Virus record (IMG/VR): IMGVR_UViG_2634166338_000002
Direction: 5' to 3' (one strand)
Length of the DNA: 64,000 nucleotides
Origin: a virus
Taxonomy: Duplodnaviria; Caudoviricetes
Below the pieces are notes generated by a model. That model searched no databases. It saw only the letters and a list, made by a program, of their open reading frames with translations, and was not told where the DNA came from. A program made the translations under genes and the position numbers. Shown in pieces: positions 38,076 to 47,826 of this stretch; position 1 is the first letter of the stretch; every line of letters begins with the position of its first letter.

Positions 38076-38165
38076 GTCGCCCCGGTGGCGATCGCTAAGC
38101 GGAGACGGTTCGGGCCGGGCATTTTTCGTTCGCGGACGCTCGTCCTAGAGTGCTCCAATAGCGGT

Positions 38166-39860
38166 GTGAACCTTGACCTTGGTGGCGAGCAGCGGTCGGA
38201 AGAGCCTGGCGGTCAGGCCGATCGACGAGAAACTGACGTTGACTTCCCGCTTCTGATTCATGTGCTCGGCGAGCCCTTCGTCAAGTGGATCCTGGTGGCA
38301 CCGTTTGAGTTGCCCTCGCCGGGACAGCTTGAGGTGGCGGCAGCACTGACGCGCTTCGTTCGTGAAGGCAGTGCTGATCATTCCGGCCGGTCGGCAGACC
38401 TCGTGGGTATGCGTCTGTCGTTCTACGTGCCTGCGTGGAACGCGACGTTCGTCGAGGGCTTGCGTCAGCGTGCTGGCGGACAGCCGGCTGAGGCTGAGGC
38501 TTCCGAGGACGATCTGCAGAATGCTGTCGTCGACCTGGCGGCGCAGAGTTATGGGCAACTGCTTCTGCCTGCAGGGTTCACCGGTCCTTCGCTGTCTGCC
38601 AACCTGATGTCGCCGGCTGGTGCTCGGGTCGTGGCCGCGGTCCGGGCCGACGGCATCTTTCCCGGCGCTGACGACGACTGGGGGTCGGAGTCAATAGTCC
38701 TCGGAACAACTCTGGGGACCGCGCAGGGGCAACAGGCTGCCATCTTCGGTAACCACGTTCTGCTGGCGGCTTGGGATGCGGTGAGGCTCCGGGTTGAGGG
38801 CCCGACTTTAGAAGAGTATCTATCCGCAGTGCGGCAGATGCTGACTCAAACCCGTGCACTCTTGCGTGGGGAGGAGGTGCTCGTCCCGTCCCTTGTGGGT
38901 TTCACCGGCATCGTCGTTGATCAGGATGTCGAGGTTGTCGGATCTTGGGGCCGACTCCGCTCCGCTCGTCCGAGCGACCTCCCCTCTTTCGCGAGCAGCA
39001 TGTCCGAGCGGCGCATCAACACGACTACCGAAACGGGTGAGCACATCGAGATCACCGACGCCGGTGATGTCGTCCTGGAGACCCGCATCCCTTACCGAGT
39101 TCGAATCCAGTCCCCTGACGAAATGATCATGGAGGGAACGACCACGGTCGGCCTGGAGGCATTAGTTGAGCAGGCCCGAATCTGCTTGGCGTTGTCCTGG
39201 GATGGGGATCAGATACCCGTCGTGTTGCCGACCTGGCGCCGCACGATCTCCTTCATGACCTCGAGTATCGGCTACTGGACCGATCCGCAGCACTCGGCAC
39301 CAAGACATCCCACCAAGGCAACGCGGGCCCAGATGGATGCATGGGGCTCCTGGCTCGGCACTGTGGACACGGAAGCGTTGTCTCATGTCAGGCTTGCCGC
39401 AACCAGGACGTTACGCGCACTAACTGAACGACGTGTTCAGGACGACATGCTGATCGATGCAGTGATCGCCTGGGAATCGCTGTTCGGAGCCAAGACCGAG
39501 AGCACTCTTCGCGTATCCGGCGCCCTGGCCTGTCTTCTCTACCCGCCGGGGGCAGACAGAGAAGCCGCCCAGAAGAGATACAGCAAGATCTACAACTCGC
39601 GGAGCGAGATCGTACATGCGAGTCTTACCAAGAAGACGACGCCGGAGGTCATCGCTGAGAACGCCCGAGAGGCGGCCCAGGTTGCCATCCGGGCACTACG
39701 GGCGATCCTTGACACTCGACGCGACCTGATCACCCTCGACAGCGCCAGTCGCGGTCTTCAGCTACTGCTTGAGGGCTCTTTTCCGCAAGCGGCGGACGCC
39801 GAGACTCTGACGTCCGAAGCCGCCTCCGGCGATGGCTCCGCGATTGATGCCAACGGGTGA
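38166..39860 (+). CDS. ApeA-like HEPN-domain protein (putative anti-phage RNase); start uncertain
   Basis: IAWESLFG and the Rx4H motif YNSRSEIVH. Confidence 0.72.
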   Translation: MNLDLGGEQRSEEPGGQADRRETDVDFPLLIHVLGEPFVKWILVAPFELPSPGQLEVAAALTRFVREGSADHSGRSADLVGMRLSFYVPAWNATFVEGLRQRAGGQPAEAEASEDDLQNAVVDLAAQSYGQLLLPAGFTGPSLSANLMSPAGARVVAAVRADGIFPGADDDWGSESIVLGTTLGTAQGQQAAIFGNHVLLAAWDAVRLRVEGPTLEEYLSAVRQMLTQTRALLRGEEVLVPSLVGFTGIVVDQDVEVVGSWGRLRSARPSDLPSFASSMSERRINTTTETGEHIEITDAGDVVLETRIPYRVRIQSPDEMIMEGTTTVGLEALVEQARICLALSWDGDQIPVVLPTWRRTISFMTSSIGYWTDPQHSAPRHPTKATRAQMDAWGSWLGTVDTEALSHVRLAATRTLRALTERRVQDDMLIDAVIAWESLFGAKTESTLRVSGALACLLYPPGADREAAQKRYSKIYNSRSEIVHASLTKKTTPEVIAENAREAAQVAIRALRAILDTRRDLITLDSASRGLQLLLEGSFPQAADAETLTSEAASGDGSAIDANG

Positions 39861-39989
39861 ATGTTTTCCGACCGCCATCGCTCCGCTTCGCTGCTGACCG
39901 ACAGGCGGAGCGAGACTGAGATCGTGCCGGTCCCGGCTGCTGCACGGCCGACGTGGCGCCGGAGTCGACTGATGGCAGAGGATGGTCGG

Positions 39990-40469
39990 ATGACTCCCAG
40001 GATGATCTTCGCAGGAATAGCCATTTGTGCTCTGGTGGCCGGCTGCGGCGGTCAGACCGACGCCGCCGATGGCACACGCTCTGCCGCTGCGGGCGAGACT
40101 TCGGTTCCGGCGGCCGGTACTGCCGCCAGTTCCGACACGGCATCACCCACTGCCGTCGCCGTCGATGCGCAGAACGAGTTGAAGGCCGCGGTTCAGGCTT
40201 ACAGCGACGCCTTTCTTACCGGCGACCCGAAGGCGGCCTACGAACTGCTGTCGCAGCGGTGTCGGAAGCGGCACTCGCTGGCCGAGTTCACCTCCATCGT
40301 CAGCGCGGCCGAGCAGATGTACGGCAGTGCGCTGCCGATTGAGACCTTCTCGGCGCAGGTGTCGGGAGATCTGGCCAGAGTGACGTATACCTACTCGGTC
40401 AAGGCGATCAATCAAGATTCTGAGCCCTGGGCCCGCGAGCAGGAGAGTTGGCGCCAGGACGATTGCTGA
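39990..40469 (+). CDS. Lipoprotein, possibly NTF2-like
   Basis: Signal peptide with lipobox LVAGC; AYELLS.RC. Confidence 0.75.
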   Translation: MTPRMIFAGIAICALVAGCGGQTDAADGTRSAAAGETSVPAAGTAASSDTASPTAVAVDAQNELKAAVQAYSDAFLTGDPKAAYELLSQRCRKRHSLAEFTSIVSAAEQMYGSALPIETFSAQVSGDLARVTYTYSVKAINQDSEPWAREQESWRQDDC

Positions 40470-40602
40470 TCGCCTGAGGTCGGACGACACCTTCCTCGCC
40501 AAGCCGTTCACCGCTGACGAACTGGCCGGCACGATCCGCACCCTCCCCGCCGCTGGCGCTCGCCGGCACCTCACGCGATGGCGGTACCCGGCGGTCTGTG
40601 CG

Positions 40603-40863
40603 TCAAGCGATCAGGGCCGCCACCGCGACCGCGAGGCCTAGAGCCGCACCAGAGGCTGAACCGCCGACCAACACCGCGCGGGCCAAGCGGGAATCGTCCA
40701 GCCACGACAACCAGCCAGCGACAGCGCCGACTACCACCGCTGCAAGCACCGCCACCGCAACGTACAACCCGACAACCGTGAGCTTGTCCACCGAGGATCG
40801 TCCTCTTTCGTTTGCCCGTCGGCCCGGCATCGCGCCGGGCCTGTTCCCTACGGGCATGGCCAA
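40603..40863 (-). CDS. Small membrane protein
   Basis: Two hydrophobic helices. Confidence 0.4.
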   Translation of the reverse strand: MAMPVGNRPGAMPGRRANERGRSSVDKLTVVGLYVAVAVLAAVVVGAVAGWLSWLDDSRLARAVLVGGSASGAALGLAVAVAALIA

Positions 40864-41027
40864 AGGCTCCAGTACCGCCAGCCCCAGAACAAACGGCCTT
40901 CTGACCGATCAGCCGCGCCTCGGACTCGTGAAGCCGCAGGTCACAGGACTGGCCATTCTCTCCGACGCAGCCTTTACAGCCACGAACTTCTTGGTGCGGC
41001 TGATCGGTCACGATAACTTCTTCACCC

Positions 41028-42014
41028 GTGAACATCCGTGATCGGAAACGCCATCGCGCCCGCGCCACCACGCTGCTCACCCACGCGAAGGCGTACGACC
41101 ACGCGCAGGCCCGACTGCACCAGATCCACCACGCCGGCGGGCAAACGCCCCAGCGCTACCTGATCCGCCGAGCCCTCGTCCGGGCCCGCACCCCAGCTGC
41201 GGACCGACCTGTGGTGGCCTCACCGGCCGCGGCACTCGCCCCGATGAAAGGCTGGGCCCTGCACCTGTACCTGATCGCGATCTTCGAGGCACAAGCCCGG
41301 CTCACACCCGCCTTCGCCGTCAACAACGACAGACCGCTGCTGTACGGCACCCGCCAGGCGGCCGCCTGGGTCGACCTGCTCCCCACCATCACCGACACCG
41401 TCCCCCGTTCGGCAGGAATGCGACGCCAACTCGTCCGTGCCCTGGCCTTGCTCCACCGCGAACACCTGGTCGGCCTCCGCAGCCGCATCGGCGCACGAGG
41501 CAGGTACGAACGCTTCGAGCTTCGCCATGAGGACGGTGAATCTTGGTCGCCCGTCTACACCATCCCGCGAGGCGACTCCACCAGCGCCAGCGAGCCGCTC
41601 TGGATCCGGCCACCAGGACCCGTCGCCGGACGCACCGCGGTCGTCGCGCTTCCCGCCACCTTCTTCCTCAACGGGTGGGCGCACGTGCTGTCCGCCGCGG
41701 AGATCACCACCTACCTGATGCTCTGCGATCTTGAAGCCCGCTACCCGCAAGCTCGTGCCGGCGGGGTGTACCTGACCGATCCCCAGCGAGAGGCCTGGTA
41801 TGGCATCCACCGCGACGTGTACGCCACCCACCGGCAACTATCCGCATTCGGGCTCATCGAACGCCTCGACGACCCGGACCGGCGCCCGGACGGAACGATC
41901 ACCCGCGGAGCCGGCCAGCAGATGCGGCAACCATATCGATTCCGAACACTGCCCCAGGGCTTCAGCCAACCGGCACGAATCACCGTGGCCCACCACCTCA
42001 CCGAACACCAATGA
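41028..42014 (+). CDS. Hypothetical protein, possibly a tandem wHTH DNA-binding protein
   Basis: Long ORF; LVRALALL.REHLV and HRQLSAFGLIE segments. Confidence 0.6.
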   Translation: MNIRDRKRHRARATTLLTHAKAYDHAQARLHQIHHAGGQTPQRYLIRRALVRARTPAADRPVVASPAAALAPMKGWALHLYLIAIFEAQARLTPAFAVNNDRPLLYGTRQAAAWVDLLPTITDTVPRSAGMRRQLVRALALLHREHLVGLRSRIGARGRYERFELRHEDGESWSPVYTIPRGDSTSASEPLWIRPPGPVAGRTAVVALPATFFLNGWAHVLSAAEITTYLMLCDLEARYPQARAGGVYLTDPQREAWYGIHRDVYATHRQLSAFGLIERLDDPDRRPDGTITRGAGQQMRQPYRFRTLPQGFSQPARITVAHHLTEHQ

Positions 42015-42238
42015 CAGACGCCTGGACTGCTGGTACGGAACTCAAAAACGATGCTGACGTTGACGGCCGGTTCGGGTGGGTCCTTCCGCTTGAGTGCGGT
42101 GGCCGTGTTTCGATCCTCATGCCCGGGTCTGATCTTGCGGCGATCCGGGACGATCCCTCCGCGCTGACATACTGCGTCCGGGTCCGTGGGTGCTGGTGGT
42201 GGTGGCGTGATGCCATCGGCATGGCTATTCCGCTCTAG
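42011..42238 (+). CDS. Small hypothetical protein
   Basis: ATGA overlap with the upstream gene. Confidence 0.4.
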   Translation: MTDAWTAGTELKNDADVDGRFGWVLPLECGGRVSILMPGSDLAAIRDDPSALTYCVRVRGCWWWWRDAIGMAIPL

Positions 42239-42601
42239 CCTGGCCGATGGGAACCAAAGTGTTAGCGGTTCCTGAGGCAACTCGATGCGGCGGGTGGTGC
42301 GTGGTCGGCGGCCCATGGCGTCTCGGAAATCTTCGAGGTCAGAGTGATCAGGTGCCCAACGCTCTCATGAAGGCCCAGATCTTGCTAAACGGATTAATGC
42401 AAATATTGCTGTTGGGCCTCGCACTAGACGCTTTAACCAGCAATTAGATAACACGGTCGACGAAACCTGTATACCCACTAGAGTTCCCGCCAGGACCTGC
42501 GGCTAACAGGTGTACTCATGTTGCCCGCTGGCTGGCTCGTGAGTGCGGCCGAAAGGGCGACCGTCCGATCGGCGACGACTGCAAGCAATCGGAGGTAATC
42601 G

Positions 42602-43447
42602 GTGTCGCGATCGAACCAGGCCACGTGGCGATGTGCTTTCTGCGGCAATCCGGGTTCCAAGTCGGCTGAGCATGTCCTGCCGCAATGGCTGCGGGCCGGT
42701 ACGGCGCCGTTGCCCATGCAGCGCACCTCCTATTGGACCGGATTCGGGTTACGAGACGACAAACAGGCTTACGCAAGCGTGGACCCGGCGGTTCGGGAAT
42801 CGCGGAACTCCATGCTCCACCAGACCACGCGCGCTGTCTGCGTGAGCTGCAACAACGGTTGGATGAGCCGCCTCGAAACGAAGGTGAAGCCCATCATGGA
42901 GTCGCTGTTTCACTCGCGACGAACCGGCAACACGTTGACCCTACCGCCGGCCGAAGCCTCGACTCTTGCTCGCTGGGCAGTAAAGACGTCCTGGACAGCA
43001 GAGCTGTCTGGTCTGGGCAATCAGAACCAAGATCAGACCTGGCTCTCTCCGCACGCTTTGAAGCAGTTCGCCTCGCGCGATGTGCCGCCAACTGTGTCCT
43101 GGGTCTGGCTCGCCTCTCATCAGGATCTCGACCGGGTCGAGCAGATGCAGGCCCATGTCGCGATTGACCGGACCAGCCCGCCTGCTCCCGGAGAGGCTGC
43201 TCGGCGTCTGCATGCCAGTGCCCTGGTCATCAACGGCATCGTCCTGGTCGTCTACAACTTCGAAAGCCGCGAGCACTTCCCGCCACCGTTCCGCCCCATG
43301 CACGGACTGCGGCTCTGGCCCCGTCCCACAGCGGTGGAGTTTCCGCCCCCTGAGGTAAGCCATCAGGAGGTCACCGGAGCGATCGCGCACTACGGGCACT
43401 GGTTTCCGCTGCACAACCGCGCTTTCGACCACAGCACGCGCATCTGA
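42602..43447 (+). CDS. HNH-like Zn-finger nuclease-domain protein
   Basis: CAFCG...SAEHVLPQWL...VCVSCNNGWMS. Confidence 0.7.
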   Translation: MSRSNQATWRCAFCGNPGSKSAEHVLPQWLRAGTAPLPMQRTSYWTGFGLRDDKQAYASVDPAVRESRNSMLHQTTRAVCVSCNNGWMSRLETKVKPIMESLFHSRRTGNTLTLPPAEASTLARWAVKTSWTAELSGLGNQNQDQTWLSPHALKQFASRDVPPTVSWVWLASHQDLDRVEQMQAHVAIDRTSPPAPGEAARRLHASALVINGIVLVVYNFESREHFPPPFRPMHGLRLWPRPTAVEFPPPEVSHQEVTGAIAHYGHWFPLHNRAFDHSTRI

Positions 43448-43509
43448 TCGACGGAGCCGTCGCGGTTCACCCCCGGCCGGCGCCAGATGGTGCACTAGGC
43501 TGCCCGGCC

Positions 43510-44094
43510 ATGACCTCCGCGTTGGCCGTCGCCGCGTTGTTTATCAGTCTCGTGGCTTTGGCGGTTGCATGGTGGAACGGCAACTCCGCCCGCCGGTCGG
43601 CAGACGCCGCCGAGGGGGCACAGCAGGCCGCAGATCGATCTGCCGACGCCGCGAAGGACTCTGCCGAAGCAGCGCGGCAGGTCGCCTCGGCGGAACTCGA
43701 ACGCGATCACGAGTCGTACCGCCCCGACCTTAGTCAGGCGAAGTTCGCCTATCCGCGTAGTCGGCCGAAGCCGCCTTTCGAGTACACCTTCGTGCCGTCA
43801 CGGCGCTACCGGCTGCGGGCGTACGCCGGGAAGGCGGGGGAGCCCATGCGTGACCTGACCGATGGCAACTTCCGAGCCATCACCTCGGGTGTTTCGGTAT
43901 CGATCGCGGCTGCCGAGGCCGGAGCCGAGGCGCATCCGGATTTTCTCCTTCTGCAGTTTTGGCCGCCCGCGCCCGCAGCCGGGGAGGAAGTGTGGATGTG
44001 CCCGTGCGGCCGGCCGACTGAGCCGTCGGAGCAACCGCATTGGGATATGCGCGTTGAGGTGCCGCGGAAGCGGGGCAAGGTGGTGGTGTTCTGA
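43510..44094 (+). CDS. Membrane-anchored hypothetical protein
   Basis: N-terminal TM helix followed by RSADAA repeats. Confidence 0.6.
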   Translation: MTSALAVAALFISLVALAVAWWNGNSARRSADAAEGAQQAADRSADAAKDSAEAARQVASAELERDHESYRPDLSQAKFAYPRSRPKPPFEYTFVPSRRYRLRAYAGKAGEPMRDLTDGNFRAITSGVSVSIAAAEAGAEAHPDFLLLQFWPPAPAAGEEVWMCPCGRPTEPSEQPHWDMRVEVPRKRGKVVVF

Positions 44095-44174
44095 TGTCCT
44101 CTGCGGCAGTAATCACCTCCCATCTCTTACTAGTTAAGCCGTGGAGCGCCCGACGAGTTGGGCATCACGGTTCG

Positions 44175-44708
44175 CTACCGGCCGGGCGGAGTGAGCCTGG
44201 ACTGCTGATCCGGAGCCTGCGGGTCGATCACGGTCAACCCGACCTGGGCGAAGCCCTCGACACTCGCTTCGGAGTCCTCGTCGGTCCACCAGCGGGCGAT
44301 GGCGTCGCGCAGCGCATGGTCGGCGACCGGAGAGAGTCGGCCGACGTACTCAAGGAGTTCTTTCTCGTCGACGTCCCACTTGCGGCCGTACGACGCGAGG
44401 TCGGGCACGGGGGTGTCGCGGGCGATCGTGAACCCGTCGGCCAGGGACATATACACCGTGCCACCGAGTGTCGCGTCGATCGCCGTGCCGGTGAGGACGT
44501 CGGCGATGCAGGACGCCTGCGCGACGGTGAGCCGGATCCGGCGTAGCTCCAGGGCCAGCGCGGAGCGCCAAAGGCCTAACTCAATCACTGCTTGCTGGTG
44601 GTGACTGGGTGTGAACATGCGTTCGGTCCGGCCTTTGAGCCAGGCCGCGGTTTCAGGGTTGCTGATACGTGCCTGGATGCGGTTGTCAGGCTGCTTGTCG
44701 TCGACCAT
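44175..44708 (-). CDS. Hypothetical protein
   Basis: RBS GAAAGGA; natural-looking translation. Confidence 0.65.
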   Translation of the reverse strand: MVDDKQPDNRIQARISNPETAAWLKGRTERMFTPSHHQQAVIELGLWRSALALELRRIRLTVAQASCIADVLTGTAIDATLGGTVYMSLADGFTIARDTPVPDLASYGRKWDVDEKELLEYVGRLSPVADHALRDAIARWWTDEDSEASVEGFAQVGLTVIDPQAPDQQSRLTPPGR

Positions 44709-44786
44709 CTCAGTCAGTTCCTTTCAGGCCGTTAAATCGTTTAGGCAACGGGTCTCGGGTGCGAGCATTCGGGAGCGGACGGCGAG

Positions 44787-45623
44787 TCAGTCGCCGGTTC
44801 CCCAGACTCCGCTGCGGCCGTGAGCGTAGGCGCGCTGCTGGAGAAAACGGACCGGGTGGTCGAGCCGGAGCGCGCGGTGGGTGCGGCCGTCGTCAGGATG
44901 GTGGGTGAGCAGCCGATTTGTGGCGTCCCAGTGGTGGGAGGTGACCCGTCGTCCGTCGGGGTCTTTGCGCCAGTCGTCGCCGAGCCATCCGGTCGGTGCG
45001 TCGTGTGCCCGGCTGGTGGCGATGGCGTAGATGTCGCCCTGCCGGTCGATCTGTTTGCCGGCGGCGAGTGCTTTGGTGACGGCGGCGGGCGTGAGCCAGG
45101 TGAGTGCGGCGGTCACGGTGGTGACGGTTCCGGGTAGACGGACGGCCCAGTCGCCGGCGTCGTCGTGTCCACACAGGTACGACAAGCTAGCGCGGCGGGA
45201 GCCGTAGGCGCGACTGTAGTAGCGCCAGCCCTCGACGTGCAGCACGACCAGGCCGGCCTCACGGTCGACGAGTCGCAGCGGCAAGGTGCGCAGCGCTGAC
45301 GCCTTCTCGCCGGACTCGATGCCAGTCTCGCCACCGCGGCGCGCGATCTCTGCGGTGCACCGGACGGTCAGTGCTGAGACTAGGCGGGAGGCGAGATCCG
45401 ACGGCGGTGAGGCCACCTGCCGCGCCGTTGCCCGAGCCCGGCGGAGCTTTGCGATGGCGGTCTTCGATCGCGCACCGGGAAGATTGGATGCGCGAAGCGC
45501 GTCGGCGAGCGCGGCCGGCGAGTCAATCACTGCGGGACTCAGAACAGTGGTGGACACGGTCCTCTCCAGCTTCATCAGGAGGTTCTTGAGGTTGCGCGAT
45601 CGGAGGGGATCAAGCAACACCAT
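44787..45623 (-). CDS. Hypothetical mobile-element protein; start uncertain
   Basis: GWRYYSR..G...LSYLCG.DD.G.WAVR and RQGDIYAI. Confidence 0.65.
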   Translation of the reverse strand: MVLLDPLRSRNLKNLLMKLERTVSTTVLSPAVIDSPAALADALRASNLPGARSKTAIAKLRRARATARQVASPPSDLASRLVSALTVRCTAEIARRGGETGIESGEKASALRTLPLRLVDREAGLVVLHVEGWRYYSRAYGSRRASLSYLCGHDDAGDWAVRLPGTVTTVTAALTWLTPAAVTKALAAGKQIDRQGDIYAIATSRAHDAPTGWLGDDWRKDPDGRRVTSHHWDATNRLLTHHPDDGRTHRALRLDHPVRFLQQRAYAHGRSGVWGTGD

Positions 45624-45957
45624 CGTATGACATAAGTCTACATTCGTCTACAGCTGTACTCGACTGGAGGGCGTGGCGGCGCTGATCGGCACGACGTACC
45701 GCGATGAGGTTGAGCGTGCTGATCCCCAACCGCGTGGGGCGGCGCGGATGCGAGTCGGGCGGTCGCCCCGCGGAGGGCTTTTGCGGAGGTCGTGCGATGT
45801 ACGTCGGCGCCCCGGCTGGCGCTGGCCGGCGTGGGCTTATGTCGGGTGCCGTGGAGGTCGAGGGGGATGACCGGGCGCCGCTCCCACGTCAGAGCTCGTA
45901 GCTCGGGATTTACTCAGGCGTCTCCGGTCACCCTCCTCGGCCTCCGCAGTGATCCTG

Positions 45958-47202
45958 CTATTCGGGCTGTCGTGCGCGGGGAAAGGCGAGGTGTTCCTCG
46001 AAGTGGGCGCCCGCGGTCAGGCAGTGATGCAGGCCGGTGAGCAGGCGTGTGCTGACGCGGCGCAGCGCCCCGGCGTAGGTGTCGCCGGCGGCGCGGCGCT
46101 GGTCGTAGCGGGCGCGGGCGCCGGGGGATCGGGTCAGGGAGCAGAACGCCCATTGGTGGCAGACGGCTTTGAGGCGCCGGTTGCAGACGTATCGGTGGGC
46201 GACCTGGCTGCTGTTGCCGCTGGACCAGGTCAGCGGGGCGATCCCGGCGTAGGCGCGCAGACCGCGCGCGGTGGCGAACCGTCGGGGGTCGTCGCCGAGT
46301 TCGGCCAGGAGCCGGGCGCCGCCGAGGGGGCCGCAACCGGGGAACGACAGATAGATCGAGGCGTGCGGGTGTTGGAGGAACGCGTCGGTCAGTTCGGTCG
46401 TGAGCTGGTCGGTGGTGTTGCAGGCGTGGTTGAACTGGTTCAGCAGGGCGCGGACTTCTACGGCGGTGGCCTTCTCGATTTCGCGGGGTAGCCGCAGGAC
46501 GGGTTGGGCGAACAGGTCGCGTAACCGGTAGGCCTCGTCGTCGACGAGCCTCAGCCGGACCGGTGCGAGGATCTTGGAGAGGCGGTACTGGGTCAGCCGT
46601 GCCGCGGCTTCTGCCGTCGGGCCGGCCTCAAGGACCGTCCGGGCTTCGAGTCGGCGCAGCCCGAAGTCGCGGCCTTCCCAGGCGATCAACGCGGTGGGAT
46701 GGACCTGGTGCAGCAGCCGGCGAAGTTTCGCCTGCAACTGCTCGCGCAGCAGCTGGGACCGGTACTGGGCACGGGCCAGCACGGTGATGGCCTCGGCGAC
46801 GGGACTTGTGGCCGGTAGGGGCTGGAGTTCGCCCCACTTGTCGCGTAGCAACCTCGCCAGTAGCTCGGCATCCGAGCGGTCGGCCTTCTTCCGGGTCACC
46901 GACCGGTAGGCGCGGAATCGGGCCATGTCGCTCGGCGGGATCTGGAAGACGGTCTGGCCGCGGGCGCGCAACGCCTGGACCAGCAGGCCGCCGTTGGTCT
47001 CGATCGCTATCGGGACCTGCTTGCGGCTGTGCTGGTGGCCGGCGAGCAGCCCGGACAGCAGCGTGAACAGCTCACGCAGACCATCGGGGGAGGCGGCGAT
47101 CCGTAGGTGGTGCACGGTGGTGCCGTGGGCGTCGATCACCGCGGCGTCATTGAGCCGGTCGGCCCAGTCGATCCCGCAGTAGAAGCGTGGTGGCCGTTGC
47201 AT
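45958..47202 (-). CDS. IS110-family recombinase/transposase
   Basis: DEDD residues in GIDW, IAIE and KADRSDA; C-terminal AYAGIAP.TWSSG serine motif. Confidence 0.9.
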   Translation of the reverse strand: MQRPPRFYCGIDWADRLNDAAVIDAHGTTVHHLRIAASPDGLRELFTLLSGLLAGHQHSRKQVPIAIETNGGLLVQALRARGQTVFQIPPSDMARFRAYRSVTRKKADRSDAELLARLLRDKWGELQPLPATSPVAEAITVLARAQYRSQLLREQLQAKLRRLLHQVHPTALIAWEGRDFGLRRLEARTVLEAGPTAEAAARLTQYRLSKILAPVRLRLVDDEAYRLRDLFAQPVLRLPREIEKATAVEVRALLNQFNHACNTTDQLTTELTDAFLQHPHASIYLSFPGCGPLGGARLLAELGDDPRRFATARGLRAYAGIAPLTWSSGNSSQVAHRYVCNRRLKAVCHQWAFCSLTRSPGARARYDQRRAAGDTYAGALRRVSTRLLTGLHHCLTAGAHFEEHLAFPRARQPE

Positions 47203-47209
47203 GCAGGTC

Positions 47210-47520
47210 TCCTATCCCGGGCACGGTGGGGTGGCTTCAGCCGAACCGCCGAGATGACGCGGATCGCCGCCGAATACGACTGAACTCACCGCTGCCGGCG
47301 AAGTGCCGGTGGGAGTCATGTCGTGCGGCAGCAGGCCGCTGTTACTCGGGCAGCTGCTGAAGTGAGCACCCCCGCGTGGGCGGGGAAGAGGAGCACCGTG
47401 ACCGACAGCTCGGTAGGTCACGGCAGGGACCGCTGTTCTGTGGAAGAACGCTCTCGTCCGATATGGACTGTAGCGAACGGTCCGCCGCGACTGCCACCTT
47501 GATCGGCACCCGGGTTCGGT
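47210..47520 (-). ncRNA. Candidate IS110 bridge/guide RNA in the 5' non-coding leader
   Basis: Several stem-loops upstream of the recombinase (e.g. CCGTGACC..GGTCACGG and TTCAGTCG..CGGCTGAA with internal loops); position matches IS110-group bridge RNAs. Confidence 0.4.
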
Positions 47521-47826
47521 CGCTGAGGGGCGGGTGCCGGACGCGTCGGTGATTACCGTGTGCGCGCTGGGGCGGCGGATCGGCTTGGTTCGCTGCCGCC
47601 CGGGCGATCATGCGTGCTTGGTTCGGGTGGCGTGTGGAGCCGAGCGGCGGCCATCGCGTGGGGGAGAAACCTTGCGATAGAAAGACCGCCGCCCGGCGTC
47701 CTACAGGGTAGAGATGCAGACGGAACGGCAGGTTGGCCGGACCTGACTCAACCGCCTGGCCGAACCAGTGACGCCAGGGCTAGCTGATCGGTGATCGACT
47801 CCGTCGCGCGTCGCCACCGCGGTGCT

